Counted from the stretch's first letter, positions 37,696 to 48,529 are shown. The stretch is 64,000 nucleotides of DNA from Bacteroidales bacterium (GCA_046482735.1 JAWOEL010000130.1:19796-83795), one strand, 5' to 3'. The notes: a model not told the origin generated them from the sequence alone. Numbers and translations are program-made.

Positions 37696-39285
37696 ATGAG
37701 TGGAAATAAACAAATCAAATCAGCTTTAATTTCAGTTTTTCACAAAGAACATTTAGATGAAATCGTTTCATTTCTTGACAAACAAGGCGTTACTTTATAT
37801 TCAACAGGAGGCACACAAAGTTTTCTGGAATCTCAGGGTTGTAACGTAACAGCCGTTGAAGACATAACCTCTTACCCATCAATACTTGGAGGACGTGTTA
37901 AGACACTTCACCCGAAAGTTTTTGGAGGCATACTTACAAGACGCGATAACGAAAGCGACAAAAATCAAATACGTGAATACGAAATTCCTGAAATTGATTT
38001 GGTTATTGTAGATTTATATCCGTTTGAACAAACTGTTGCTTCAGGAGCTACAGAGGAAGATATAATAGAAAAAATTGATATTGGCGGCATTTCATTAATC
38101 CGAGCTGCTGCAAAAAATTATAAAGATGTTGTAATTGTATCTTCACAACAACAATATAAAAAACTACAAAACCTCCTTGAAGAAAAAAACGGAGAAACAA
38201 GTATAGAAGACCGAAAAGAATTTGCACGCGAAGCATTTAATATATCGTCACATTATGACACTGCAATTTTTAATTATTTTGCACATGACGATACTGCTAC
38301 AGAAAAAATAAGCCTCACCGATGGGACTATTTTACGATATGGAGAAAACCCGCATCAAAAAGCAATAAATTATACATTCAACAATACTTCACAACCAATA
38401 ACATTAGCACAATCACGTGTATTACAAGGTAAAGAATTATCGTATAACAATATGCTTGATGCCGATGCAGCATGGAAAGCAGCAAGTGATGCATACCATT
38501 CAGTTTCCGGCATTCAAAACAAAACAGCAGTTGCCGTTGTAAAACACTTAAACCCATGCGGGCTTGCAGTTTCCGATTCACCAATGAAATCATTAGAATT
38601 AGCATGGGCAGGTGACCCTGTAAGTGCATTTGGCGGCATCTTATGCTTCACCAGCGAAGTTGATGCCGATAGTGCAGAATGGTTATCAAAAAAATTCATT
38701 GAAATTATCATAGCTCCATCATATTCATTACAAGCACAAGAAATTTTATCGAAAAAGAAAAATCTGCGCGTTCTCGAAACACCAATAAAGCCAGAATTTA
38801 CAGGAGAAAAAATGTATCGCTCAATAAATGGTGCAATACTGATTCAAGACGAAGATGAAGGACTGGATACAGAATACAAACCAGTAACAAAAAAACAATT
38901 TAGCGAAACACACATAGATTTAGCTAAATTTGGCACACAAGCTTGTAAATATTTAAAAAGCAATTCTATAGCACTTGTATCACAAAATACTGACGGTTCA
39001 TATTGGTTAACCGGTGCAGGAATGGGGCAACCAAACAGATTAGATAGTTTACGATGGTTGACTATTCCGCGTTTTAACCAAAAAGATGACGTTACTATAC
39101 AAGAAGCCGTATTAATTTCAGATGCATTTTTCCCATTTAGAGACAGTGTAGAAGTTGCTAATGAATATGGTATTTCATATATTGTACAACCGGGAGGAAG
39201 TATCCGTGATAATGAAGTTATTGAAGCATGCGATGAATTTAACATAGCAATGGTATTTACCGGACGAAGACATTTTAAACATTAA
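37696..39285 (+). CDS. purH: Bifunctional AICAR transformylase / IMP cyclohydrolase
   Basis: N-terminal MGS-like domain (ALISVFHKE...LYSTGGT), GGRVKTLHP, and C-terminal AICARFT (VKHLNPCG, QPGGSIRD). Confidence 0.95.
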   Translation: MSGNKQIKSALISVFHKEHLDEIVSFLDKQGVTLYSTGGTQSFLESQGCNVTAVEDITSYPSILGGRVKTLHPKVFGGILTRRDNESDKNQIREYEIPEIDLVIVDLYPFEQTVASGATEEDIIEKIDIGGISLIRAAAKNYKDVVIVSSQQQYKKLQNLLEEKNGETSIEDRKEFAREAFNISSHYDTAIFNYFAHDDTATEKISLTDGTILRYGENPHQKAINYTFNNTSQPITLAQSRVLQGKELSYNNMLDADAAWKAASDAYHSVSGIQNKTAVAVVKHLNPCGLAVSDSPMKSLELAWAGDPVSAFGGILCFTSEVDADSAEWLSKKFIEIIIAPSYSLQAQEILSKKKNLRVLETPIKPEFTGEKMYRSINGAILIQDEDEGLDTEYKPVTKKQFSETHIDLAKFGTQACKYLKSNSIALVSQNTDGSYWLTGAGMGQPNRLDSLRWLTIPRFNQKDDVTIQEAVLISDAFFPFRDSVEVANEYGISYIVQPGGSIRDNEVIEACDEFNIAMVFTGRRHFKH

Positions 39286-39303
39286 TCATATATATTTAAA
39301 CGA

Positions 39304-40326
39304 ATGGGATTATTTTCTTTTCTTTCACAAGAAATAGCAATCGACCTCGGAACAGCAAACACAATCATTATTCATAATGACAAAATTGTTGTTGACGAGC
39401 CAAGTATAATAGCTGTTGACACTCATAGTGGAAAGCCAGTTGCAATAGGGCACAAGGCACGCCAAATGCAAGGAAAAACGCATCAAAATATCACGGTCAT
39501 CAGACCTATGAAAGACGGTGTAATTGCAGACTTTAATGCTGCCGAACTAATGATTCGCGGATTTATAAATATGCTCGATAAAAAATCTCATATTGTATCT
39601 CCCTCATTACGGGTAGTTATTTGTATTCCTTCGGGTTGTACCGAAGTTGAGTTACGTGCAGTACGAGATTCTGCTGAGAATGCTGGTGCACGCGAAGTAT
39701 ATATGCTTCATGAACCTATGGCTGCAGCAATAGGTATGGGGCTCGACGTAGAAGCTGCTCAGGGAAATATGGTTGTTGATATTGGTGGTGGTACTACTGA
39801 AATTGCTGTTATTGCACTTGGTGGTATTGTGTGTGACAAATCAATTCGTACTGCTGGCGATAATTTTACTGCTGATATACAGGAATATATGCGTTACCAA
39901 CATAATATTAAAATAGGAGAACGTACTGCTGAAGATATTAAAATTAATGTAGGTGCAGCTTTACCTGATTTAGATGACCCTCCGGCAGACTACATGGTTC
40001 GCGGACCTCATCAAATGTCTTCACTTCCTATAGAAATTCCGGTATCTTATCAAGAAATAGCATATTGTTTGGATAAATCTATCACAAAAATTGAAGCGGC
40101 TATTTTATCAGCACTCGAACAAACTCCACCGGAACTGTATTCGGATATTTATCAAAAAGGTGTATATCTTGCCGGTGGCGGAGCTCTCTTACGTGGTCTT
40201 GCCGAACGACTCGAAGCAAAACATAAAATACCATTTCATGTTGCTGAAGAGCCTTTACACGCAGTTGTTCGGGGAACAGGAATTGCTCTGAAAAACATTG
40301 ATAATTTCCATTTCTTAATCAGATAA
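39304..40326 (+). CDS. mreB: Rod shape-determining protein MreB
   Basis: IDLGTANT, DIGGGTTE and LAGGGALLRGL actin-fold motifs. Confidence 0.95.
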   Translation: MGLFSFLSQEIAIDLGTANTIIIHNDKIVVDEPSIIAVDTHSGKPVAIGHKARQMQGKTHQNITVIRPMKDGVIADFNAAELMIRGFINMLDKKSHIVSPSLRVVICIPSGCTEVELRAVRDSAENAGAREVYMLHEPMAAAIGMGLDVEAAQGNMVVDIGGGTTEIAVIALGGIVCDKSIRTAGDNFTADIQEYMRYQHNIKIGERTAEDIKINVGAALPDLDDPPADYMVRGPHQMSSLPIEIPVSYQEIAYCLDKSITKIEAAILSALEQTPPELYSDIYQKGVYLAGGGALLRGLAERLEAKHKIPFHVAEEPLHAVVRGTGIALKNIDNFHFLIR

Positions 40327-40329
40327 TAT

Positions 40330-40358
40330 AAAAAAACCTGTGTTTACAGGTTTTTTTT
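40330..40358 (+). terminator. Hairpin + T-tract between mreB and mreC (partial terminator/attenuator candidate)
   Basis: AAAAAAACCTGT-GTTT-ACAGGTTTTTTTT starts 4 nt after the mreB stop. Confidence 0.5.
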
Positions 40359-40371
40359 AATTTCTTCATAA

Positions 40372-41193
40372 ATGAGAAACCTGTTTGTTTTTTTTATTCG
40401 TAATCACTTCTTTTTATTATTTCTTATTTTAGAAATAATTGCTATTAACTTAATCATTACATACAACACCCCGCAACAAGCTCAATTTAACTTGTTCTCA
40501 AATACAATCTATTCTCACTTACATACTATTCACAACTCTGTAACTAAATATTTTAATTTAAAAGAAATTAACAAACAGCTTGCACAGGAAAATGCAAAAC
40601 TCCGTGAAAAACTGCCGGAATCGATGTATTCAAACACAATAGATCCTCAAACCATTCGGGATAAAACACATACACAACAATATGAGTTTATTCCAGCTGA
40701 AGTAATAAACAACAGTATACACAAACCTCACAATTATATTATTATAAATAAAGGAAGTCGTCACGGTATACACAAAAATATGGGCGTTATAAGCCCTCAG
40801 GGGATAACAGGAATTGTAATCTCCACTTCTCAGAATTTTTCTAAAATTCTTACTATTTTAAGTTCAAATCTAAAAATTAGTGGGCAATTACAAAACACTA
40901 ATTTCTATGGTTCTGTACATTGGGACGGAAAACACTACAGAAAAGCACTATTAACCGAAATTCCCGTTCATGCACCGGTACAAAAAGGCGACACTGTAAT
41001 CACAAATTCATTTTCCAACATTTACCCTACAGATATTAATATAGGTGTCGTGTCATCGGTTAAAAAAACAGAAAATGATAACTTTTATGATATTGAAATT
41101 GAGCTTTCTACAGATTTCAAAAATTTAGAACATGTGTATGTGGTACTCGATTTAATGAAAACAGAAAGAGAGTTACTCGAAAAAAGACAATAA
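40372..41193 (+). CDS. mreC: Rod shape-determining protein MreC
   Basis: N-terminal TM, coiled-coil (LAQENAKLREKL), beta-rich C-terminal domain, and position between mreB and mreD. Confidence 0.8.
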   Translation: MRNLFVFFIRNHFFLLFLILEIIAINLIITYNTPQQAQFNLFSNTIYSHLHTIHNSVTKYFNLKEINKQLAQENAKLREKLPESMYSNTIDPQTIRDKTHTQQYEFIPAEVINNSIHKPHNYIIINKGSRHGIHKNMGVISPQGITGIVISTSQNFSKILTILSSNLKISGQLQNTNFYGSVHWDGKHYRKALLTEIPVHAPVQKGDTVITNSFSNIYPTDINIGVVSSVKKTENDNFYDIEIELSTDFKNLEHVYVVLDLMKTERELLEKRQ

Positions 41194-41200
41194 TACTACT

Positions 41201-41707
41201 ATGGTACATATTTTTCAACATACAATTTTTCGGTTTATTAGTATTATTTTATTACAAATACTACTGTTTAATAATATCGTACTTTTTGATCATAGCGTAC
41301 CATACATATATCTTTTATTAATTTTAATTCTTCCGTTCGAAACAAATAAGATTTTATTATTATTTATAGGTTTTTTAACCGGCTTCTTAATAGATATGTC
41401 GTTTAGTTCGTACGGAGTACATACAGGAGCAACTGTTTTAATAGCTTTTTTACGTCCTGCTATACTACGCTGGATTATTCCACGTGGCGGGTATATGCCA
41501 AATACTCAACCATTACTGAAATATTATGGTTTTGCCTGGTTTTTTAAATACGCTGCATTTACAATTATTATTCATCATTTTGCTTTATTCTTTTTATTTA
41601 CATTTTCATTTGAAGCACTTGATGTATTTATGATTCGAATGCTTATTAATTCAGGCATTACATTATTTTTAATCGTATTAAGCCAATATTTTATTTTTAG
41701 AACTTAA
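41201..41707 (+). CDS. mreD: Rod shape-determining protein MreD
   Basis: 168-aa polytopic membrane protein in the canonical mreBCD position. Confidence 0.7.
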   Translation: MVHIFQHTIFRFISIILLQILLFNNIVLFDHSVPYIYLLLILILPFETNKILLLFIGFLTGFLIDMSFSSYGVHTGATVLIAFLRPAILRWIIPRGGYMPNTQPLLKYYGFAWFFKYAAFTIIIHHFALFFLFTFSFEALDVFMIRMLINSGITLFLIVLSQYFIFRT

Positions 41708-43543
41708 ATGGATTTATCGTATCGTAAATATATTGTTATTGCATTGTTCATTTCTGTATCAATTATTTTTATTGGTAGATTTTTTTTCATACAAGTTGTT
41801 GACACCTCTTATCAATTAGACGCAGCAAACAATTCGCAACGCTATATAGTTAAATACCCAGCACGAGGATTAATTTATGATAGAAACGGTAAATTAATTG
41901 TAGCAAATGAGGCTGCATATGATTTAATGGTAGTTCCAGGTCAAGTTTCTCAACTAGATACACTTGCATTGATTAATTTATTGAAAATTGATAAAAAGAA
42001 ATTTATAAAAAATCTTTCAAAAGCAGCGAGCAATAGCTTTAAACCCGAAGCAGTAGTAAAACAAATAAGTGCAGAAACCTATATCAATCTTCAGGAAAAC
42101 TTACACCGCTTTCCGGGTTTTTACGTACAAGTTCGTAATGTACGTAAATATCCATATAAATCGGCAGGTATATTATTGGGTTACATTCGCGAAGTTGATA
42201 AAACCGATATAAGCAACGATTCATATTATAAACAACGAGACTATATAGGTAAAAGAGGCATAGAACAAATTTACGAAAAACATTTACGAGGAGAGAAAGG
42301 CGGAGAATACCAGGTTGTAGACGTTCACGGTCGCGTAAAAGAAAAACTAAAAGGCGGGGAATACGATAAGCCATCAATACTGGGAAAAAGTATTACAACG
42401 ACTCTAGATATAGATTTACAAAATTATGGTGAACGTTTAATGAAAAATAAAATTGGGTGTATTGTTGCAATTCAACCCTCAACCGGTGAGGTTCTTGCTT
42501 TGGTTTCGAGCCCGAGTTTCGATCCCAATATACTTGTTGGTCGTGGTCTTGCAAAAAATTTCAACAAACTAATATCAGATACACTATTCCCATTATTTAA
42601 CCGTGCTATCCAAGGAGACCGATATCCACCAGGCTCAACATTTAAAGTACTCAATGCACTTGTAGGACTTGAAGAAAATATCATGTCGCAAGAAAACAAA
42701 ATATCATGCAACATGGGCTATCGAGCAGGAGGACTACACGTTAACTGTCACGACCACCCTTCTCCGGTAAATTTAACACAATCTATACAAATGTCATGCA
42801 ATACGTATTATTGTACAATATTTAGAGCAACATTAGATGCACAAAAATATGGTAGTGTAACACAAGGATATGAACAATGGCGAAAACACATTGCCTCGTT
42901 TGGCTTGGGATTACCATTGGGTATCGATTTACGAGGAGAACGACCGGGATTTATACCACAACCATCATATTACAACAGATATTACGGTGAAAACAAATGG
43001 AAATCTCTTACAGTAATATCACTTGCTATAGGTCAGGGGGAAATTAGCATGACGCCTCTTCAACTGGCAAATACCTCAGCAGCTATAGCAAACAGAGGAT
43101 ATTATTACACACCACATATTGTAAAACAACTAGAAGACACAACAATAGACAAACGATTCAAAATACGACATAATACAAGCATAGACCCCGAACACTTTAA
43201 GCCGGTAATAGATGGTATGCACAAAGTTATTCATGGAGGTGAGGGTGCTACAGCACGATATATATCTATTCCCGGAATAGAAATGTGTGGAAAAACCGGC
43301 ACCGCACAAAATCCACATGGAGAAAATCACTCAATTTTTATGGCTTTTGCACCAAAAGAAAATCCCGAAATAGCTGTTGCTGTATATGTAGAAAATGCAG
43401 GATACGGAAGCACGTGGGCAGCTCCAATAGCTAGTTTAATTATTGAAAATTATTTAACAGATAGCGTTCATCGTTCAAGAAAATGGATAGAAAACAGAAT
43501 GTTAGAATCAGATTTACTTTCAAAAGAAAAAGATGCAAACTAA
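41708..43543 (+). CDS. mrdA: Penicillin-binding protein 2 (elongasome transpeptidase)
   Basis: SxxK (GSTFK), SxN (SCN), KTG (KTGTA). Abuts the mreD stop (TAAATG). Confidence 0.9.
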   Translation: MDLSYRKYIVIALFISVSIIFIGRFFFIQVVDTSYQLDAANNSQRYIVKYPARGLIYDRNGKLIVANEAAYDLMVVPGQVSQLDTLALINLLKIDKKKFIKNLSKAASNSFKPEAVVKQISAETYINLQENLHRFPGFYVQVRNVRKYPYKSAGILLGYIREVDKTDISNDSYYKQRDYIGKRGIEQIYEKHLRGEKGGEYQVVDVHGRVKEKLKGGEYDKPSILGKSITTTLDIDLQNYGERLMKNKIGCIVAIQPSTGEVLALVSSPSFDPNILVGRGLAKNFNKLISDTLFPLFNRAIQGDRYPPGSTFKVLNALVGLEENIMSQENKISCNMGYRAGGLHVNCHDHPSPVNLTQSIQMSCNTYYCTIFRATLDAQKYGSVTQGYEQWRKHIASFGLGLPLGIDLRGERPGFIPQPSYYNRYYGENKWKSLTVISLAIGQGEISMTPLQLANTSAAIANRGYYYTPHIVKQLEDTTIDKRFKIRHNTSIDPEHFKPVIDGMHKVIHGGEGATARYISIPGIEMCGKTGTAQNPHGENHSIFMAFAPKENPEIAVAVYVENAGYGSTWAAPIASLIIENYLTDSVHRSRKWIENRMLESDLLSKEKDAN

Positions 43544-44966
43544 ACAATTAAACATACTCAATATTTTTAAACGAATAGATGGATTAACCGTCTTATTATA
43601 CCTTGCATTAGTTCTCATGGGATGGTTCAATATTTATGCTGCGGTACTCAATGAAAATTCAACTGGCATATTTGATGTTTCATACAAATACGGCAAACAA
43701 ATGCTTTGGATAATCGCATCTATTACCCTCGCTGTTTTTATATTGATTATAGATAGTAAATTTTATTCGATATTGTCGTATCCTGCATATATATTCATGC
43801 TATTATTACTGGCAATAGTAATTTTCATGCCTTCTACCAAAGGACAAAGTTCATGGTTTGCCTTAGGTGATTTTAAAATTCAACCTGCTGAATTTGCAAA
43901 AATCACAACAGCATTGGTGCTTTCCCGTTATTTAAGTGGATTCAATGTGCGACTCAACGAGTGGAAGCATATATACAGAATAGCAGCTATCATTGGAGCG
44001 CCGCTCGTATTAATAGCACTTCAACCCGATATAGGAACCACTCTCGTTTACGGTGTCTTTCTTTTAGTTCTATATAGACAGGGAATGTCTGGCTGGATAC
44101 TTATTGCAGGACTTATTTCAATACTACTTTTCGTGTTTTCGTTTATGTTTACACCACTCTCTGTAAGTATTGTAATGCTTTCTATACTAATGATTATTTT
44201 AATTTTATCGATTATATATTATAAATTATCGGTTAAAATATTAATTATCTCATTATTAGCTTTTGGATTACCCTGGGCTGTAGTATATTATTTTAATATA
44301 GAATATTCAGAAATTGTATTGTTTCTAATAAGTTTTCTTGCTCTTATTATACCTCTATTTTTATATAGCTACCGAAATAAAATATCAATTTTATTTATAT
44401 TATTTTTTGTTGGCCTAGGCAGTATTTCCTTTTCATATTCAGTAAATTATATCTTTAATAACATATTACAAGATCACCACCGAACACGTATTAATGTATT
44501 ATTCGGATTAGAATCAGACCCTCAGGGAGTCGAGTTTAATGTTATTCAATCCAAAATAGCAATAGGTTCAGGAGGAGTAACTGGAAAAGGATATCTCCAG
44601 GGAACCCAGACTAAACATGATTTTGTACCGGAACAAAGTACCGATTTTATTTTTTGCACTGTTGGTGAAGAGTGGGGATTTGCCGGAACAAGTACTGTTA
44701 TCATTTTATTTGTAATACTACTTATCCGATTAATTATTCTGGCAGAAAGACAACGATCAATATTTAGCCGTGTATATGGATATTCGGTTGCAGCTATTTT
44801 CTTTTTTCATATAATGATAAACATTGGTATGACTGTAGGATTAATGCCGGTAATAGGAATACCTCTTCCATTTTTCAGCTATGGGGGGTCATCATTATGG
44901 GCTTTTACTATTTTATTGTTTATATTCATAAAATTAGATTCAGACAGAGACTCATTAATCTATTAA
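43533..44966 (+). CDS. rodA: SEDS-family peptidoglycan polymerase RodA
   Basis: QPDIGT, DFIFCTVGEEWGF and GIPLPFFSYGGSS. 11-nt overlap with mrdA. Confidence 0.9.
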   Translation: MQTKQLNILNIFKRIDGLTVLLYLALVLMGWFNIYAAVLNENSTGIFDVSYKYGKQMLWIIASITLAVFILIIDSKFYSILSYPAYIFMLLLLAIVIFMPSTKGQSSWFALGDFKIQPAEFAKITTALVLSRYLSGFNVRLNEWKHIYRIAAIIGAPLVLIALQPDIGTTLVYGVFLLVLYRQGMSGWILIAGLISILLFVFSFMFTPLSVSIVMLSILMIILILSIIYYKLSVKILIISLLAFGLPWAVVYYFNIEYSEIVLFLISFLALIIPLFLYSYRNKISILFILFFVGLGSISFSYSVNYIFNNILQDHHRTRINVLFGLESDPQGVEFNVIQSKIAIGSGGVTGKGYLQGTQTKHDFVPEQSTDFIFCTVGEEWGFAGTSTVIILFVILLIRLIILAERQRSIFSRVYGYSVAAIFFFHIMINIGMTVGLMPVIGIPLPFFSYGGSSLWAFTILLFIFIKLDSDRDSLIY

Positions 44967-45031
44967 AATTTTGTGGAGAATTTATTTTTTTGTACTTTTA
45001 TTCTATTGTTTAATTTAAAAATCGCAATAAC

Positions 45032-45487
45032 ATGATTAACAAAGTTATTTTAATTGGAAATGTAGGAGCAGACCCGGATGTACGATATGTAAGTGACGGC
45101 ATACCGGTAGCTCGCGTAAGGCTTGCCACTTCAGAAGTGTACATAAACAAGCAAAAAGAAAAAGTAGAAAATACCGAATGGCATAATATTGTTTTATGGC
45201 GCGGTCTTGCTAAAACAACAGAAGATTATGTTGTAAAAGGTATGAAATTATACATTGAAGGAAAAATCACGTATAGAACTTACGAACAAGATGGCGTAAC
45301 AAAGTTTTTTACTGAAATTGTAGCAAACGATATGAAATTTTTGAGTAAGAAATCAGATGTTAATTCATCATCTTCTAACAATTCGGGTTCAAACACACAA
45401 AACAACAATAGCAACACACAAAACAATTCTGTTGCAGAACCTGATATTGATTTATCAAATCAACCTGATGATGATTTGCCATTTTAA
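45032..45487 (+). CDS. ssb: Single-stranded DNA-binding protein
   Basis: OB fold (NKVILIGNVGADPDVRY...TEWHNIV), an Asn/Ser-rich linker and an acidic tip DDDLPF. Confidence 0.95.
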   Translation: MINKVILIGNVGADPDVRYVSDGIPVARVRLATSEVYINKQKEKVENTEWHNIVLWRGLAKTTEDYVVKGMKLYIEGKITYRTYEQDGVTKFFTEIVANDMKFLSKKSDVNSSSSNNSGSNTQNNNSNTQNNSVAEPDIDLSNQPDDDLPF

Positions 45488-45510
45488 CATTCTAAATTAA
45501 ATTACAAACT

Positions 45511-46839
45511 TTGGATCCTGACGCCTCGATACTATATATTTTTGACTTTGCAATAACATATACCCCTTTAAGTTTTAACATGCAATTAGGACTTATTTTT
45601 ATAGGTATATTATTATGTTTTTCAGCCATCATTTCTGGCTCTAAAATTGCATATTTTTCATTATCTACTACGCAAATTCAAAAAATAAAAAAGTCAGGCA
45701 CCAAACGTGCACAACTAACATTAAAGCACTTAAAACAACCACAATTGCTTTTAGCAAATATTCTTATCGGAAACAATTTTGTGAATATTGCAATTGTGGT
45801 TATTTCTTCTTATATATCTAATGTAATATTTGATTTTTCTCACCAGCCTCTACAAGGAACGCTTTTTATTGTAATAGTTGTAACATTTCTTCTGCTACTA
45901 TTTGGTGAGATTATTCCAAAAATTTATGCACAGTATTTCGCTAAACAATTCAGCCTATTTATGGCATATCCTCTCCTCTTTTTACATAAAATGTGTAGCC
46001 CCTTTAGTTCTTTCCTAATGAAATCATCGTCCAGCATTAGAAATAAAAAAATACGTAAAAATTATATTTCTATGGACGACGTATCGGAGGCATTACAGGT
46101 AGCATCAGAAAATTTTGAAGAAGAGGAAAAAGATTTTTTAGAAGGTATCGTTAAACTAAAAAGCATAGACGTTACAACAATTATGCATCCGCGGGTAGAT
46201 ATTGTAGCAGTAGATATAGACTGGGATTTTTCTGAGGTACTCAAAATTATAACTCATGCTGGATATTCTCGTATTCCGGTATATGAAGAATCATTTGACA
46301 CAATTAAAGGAGTATTGTATGTAAAAGATTTACTTATGCACTTGCAAAAACCAGCTGATTTTCGCTGGCAATCATTTATCCGCGAACCTTATATAATTCC
46401 TGAATCAAAAAAAATTGATGACTTACTCGAAGAATTTCAAATATATAAAGTGCACCTTGCAATAGTAGTTGATGAATATGGTGGCACATCAGGCATTGTA
46501 ACTCTGGAAGATATTTTAGAAGAAATTATTGGAGATATACACGATGAATTTGACGATGAAGACCTACTTTACACCAAAATAAATGAGTTTACCTATATTT
46601 TTGATGGTAAAATTTCGCTTCATGATGTAATAAAAATATATGATTTAGATGATGATTTTTTTGAAGAAGATAAAGGTGAAGCTGACACACTTGCGGGACT
46701 GATTTTAGAAATTACCGGCGATTTTCCAAAACTATTTGAGGAAATACCATACAAAAACATTACATTTATAATTGAAGCAGAAAATAAAAGACGGATAAAA
46801 AAAATAAAAACAATTCTTCATTCAGAAAATAACACATAA
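45511..46839 (+). CDS. gldE: Gliding-motility-associated protein GldE (CNNM/DUF21 + CBS pair + CorC_HlyC)
   Basis: TM-rich N-terminal domain, CBS pair, and C-terminal transporter-associated domain. The ssb-gldE-gldD order matches flavobacteria. The start at 45511 is a TTG (…DPDAS…); the first ATG is at 45580. Confidence 0.7.
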   Translation: MDPDASILYIFDFAITYTPLSFNMQLGLIFIGILLCFSAIISGSKIAYFSLSTTQIQKIKKSGTKRAQLTLKHLKQPQLLLANILIGNNFVNIAIVVISSYISNVIFDFSHQPLQGTLFIVIVVTFLLLLFGEIIPKIYAQYFAKQFSLFMAYPLLFLHKMCSPFSSFLMKSSSSIRNKKIRKNYISMDDVSEALQVASENFEEEEKDFLEGIVKLKSIDVTTIMHPRVDIVAVDIDWDFSEVLKIITHAGYSRIPVYEESFDTIKGVLYVKDLLMHLQKPADFRWQSFIREPYIIPESKKIDDLLEEFQIYKVHLAIVVDEYGGTSGIVTLEDILEEIIGDIHDEFDDEDLLYTKINEFTYIFDGKISLHDVIKIYDLDDDFFEEDKGEADTLAGLILEITGDFPKLFEEIPYKNITFIIEAENKRRIKKIKTILHSENNT

Positions 46840-47444
46840 TGAAAAAACTACTTCTACTCCTACTATCATCTATTAGCATAATTTCTTGCGTTGAACGTTC
46901 CATTCATAAACCAAAACAACGTGGTTATTTTCGTATAGATTTACCACAAGAAAAATCAAAGTCATATTATTCATTTTCAAACGATACTTTTCCATATAAC
47001 TTCAAACTTCCAACATATGCAAAAATTGCTATAGACAGTTCAAAATCAGCAGACCCTTATTGGCTAAATATTCAATATCCTGATTTTAACGCAACTATAC
47101 ATATTAGTTATAAACATATACAACAAAATGTTAATAAATTTGTTGAAGATGCTCATTTTCTTGCATATAAACATGATATAAAAGCTGAAGCTATACGAGT
47201 TCAGGAATTCCATTACGAAGACAAAAAAGTACATGGTCTTTTATTTGATATTAAAGGTGATGCCGCATCGGTAAAGCAATTTTTTGTAACAGACAGCATA
47301 CAACATTTTGTTCGTGGAGCACTCTATTTCAATGTTCCGCCAAACAAAGACTCTTTAGCTCCGGTTATTTCATATATGCATAATGATATTGTTGAGTTAA
47401 TTAGTAATTTTAAATGGAATCCTGAATTTAAACATACACAATAA
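46839..47444 (+). CDS. gldD: Gliding-motility lipoprotein GldD
   Basis: Lipobox SIISC followed by PKQRGYFRIDLP. About 200 aa and immediately downstream of gldE (TAATG overlap). Confidence 0.65.
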   Translation: MKKLLLLLLSSISIISCVERSIHKPKQRGYFRIDLPQEKSKSYYSFSNDTFPYNFKLPTYAKIAIDSSKSADPYWLNIQYPDFNATIHISYKHIQQNVNKFVEDAHFLAYKHDIKAEAIRVQEFHYEDKKVHGLLFDIKGDAASVKQFFVTDSIQHFVRGALYFNVPPNKDSLAPVISYMHNDIVELISNFKWNPEFKHTQ

Positions 47445-48469
47445 TGGCAAAAATATTAGTTACCGGTGGATTAGGATATATTGGTTCTCACACTGTTGTC
47501 GAATTAATTAAACACAAACACGATGTAATTATTATAGATAATCTATCGAATTCCGATATTATAATATTAGAAAAAATATATTCGATAACTAATATTATGC
47601 CGGCATATGAACAAGTAGATATATGTGATATGGAAAAACTAAATACCGTGTTTTCAACATATCCTAATATAGATGCTATAATACATTTTGCCGCTTTCAA
47701 AGCTGTAGGTGAATCTGTCGAAGATTCTTTGAAATATTATAAAAATAATGTCTCCGGTATGATACATATACTGCAATGTATGAAAACATATAATGTACCT
47801 CATATTATTTTTTCTTCATCATGCACCGTTTATGGACAACCTGCAGAACTTCCTGTAACAGAAAAAGCTCCGATACAAAAAGCCACGTCACCATATGGTA
47901 ACACAAAACAAATATGCGAAGAAATACTATCTGATGCAATACATTCATATAACAGTTTTTCGGCAATAATACTCCGTTATTTCAATCCTGTAGGTGCTCA
48001 TGAAAGCGGAATAATCGGAGAATTACCCAAAGGGGTCCCCAATAATTTAGTGCCATTTATTACTCAAACAGCTGCTGGTATACGTGATGAGTTAAAAATA
48101 TTTGGTGATGATTACAATACGCCCGATGGCTCAGCTATACGCGATTATATATATGTTGTAGACCTTGCACGAGCACATGTAATTGCAGCCAACAGATTAA
48201 TAACAAATTCAAACAAACGCGAATGCGAGGTGTTTAATTTAGGAACAGGTACAGGGGTTTCTGTTTTAGAAATGGTACACACATTTGAAAAAGCAACTGG
48301 CATACAAATACCTTATACTATTGTTGAGAGACGTGCTGGCGATATTGAAAAAGTATGGGCAGACACAAAATATGCAAACACCGAACTTGGATGGAAAGCA
48401 GAAACACCCCTCAAAAATATTTTAGCAAGTGCTTGGGAGTGGGAAAAAAATATTCGTCATATCATCTGA
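47444..48469 (+). CDS. galE: UDP-glucose 4-epimerase
   Basis: VTGGLGYIGSH Rossmann motif and YGNTK (YxxxK). Confidence 0.9.
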   Translation: MAKILVTGGLGYIGSHTVVELIKHKHDVIIIDNLSNSDIIILEKIYSITNIMPAYEQVDICDMEKLNTVFSTYPNIDAIIHFAAFKAVGESVEDSLKYYKNNVSGMIHILQCMKTYNVPHIIFSSSCTVYGQPAELPVTEKAPIQKATSPYGNTKQICEEILSDAIHSYNSFSAIILRYFNPVGAHESGIIGELPKGVPNNLVPFITQTAAGIRDELKIFGDDYNTPDGSAIRDYIYVVDLARAHVIAANRLITNSNKRECEVFNLGTGTGVSVLEMVHTFEKATGIQIPYTIVERRAGDIEKVWADTKYANTELGWKAETPLKNILASAWEWEKNIRHII

Positions 48470-48529
48470 ATTATTTAAATAAACACCCCAAAATATACAA
48501 TAAGTAGAAAAAACCTCTACCTATTAACA

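Noticed and set aside
45370-45440. Low-complexity Asn/Ser/Gln-coding repeat (SSSSNNSGSNTQNNNSNTQNNS)
   Set aside because: It lies in the normally disordered linker of SSB, between the OB fold and the acidic DDDLPF tip. It is not a separate element.
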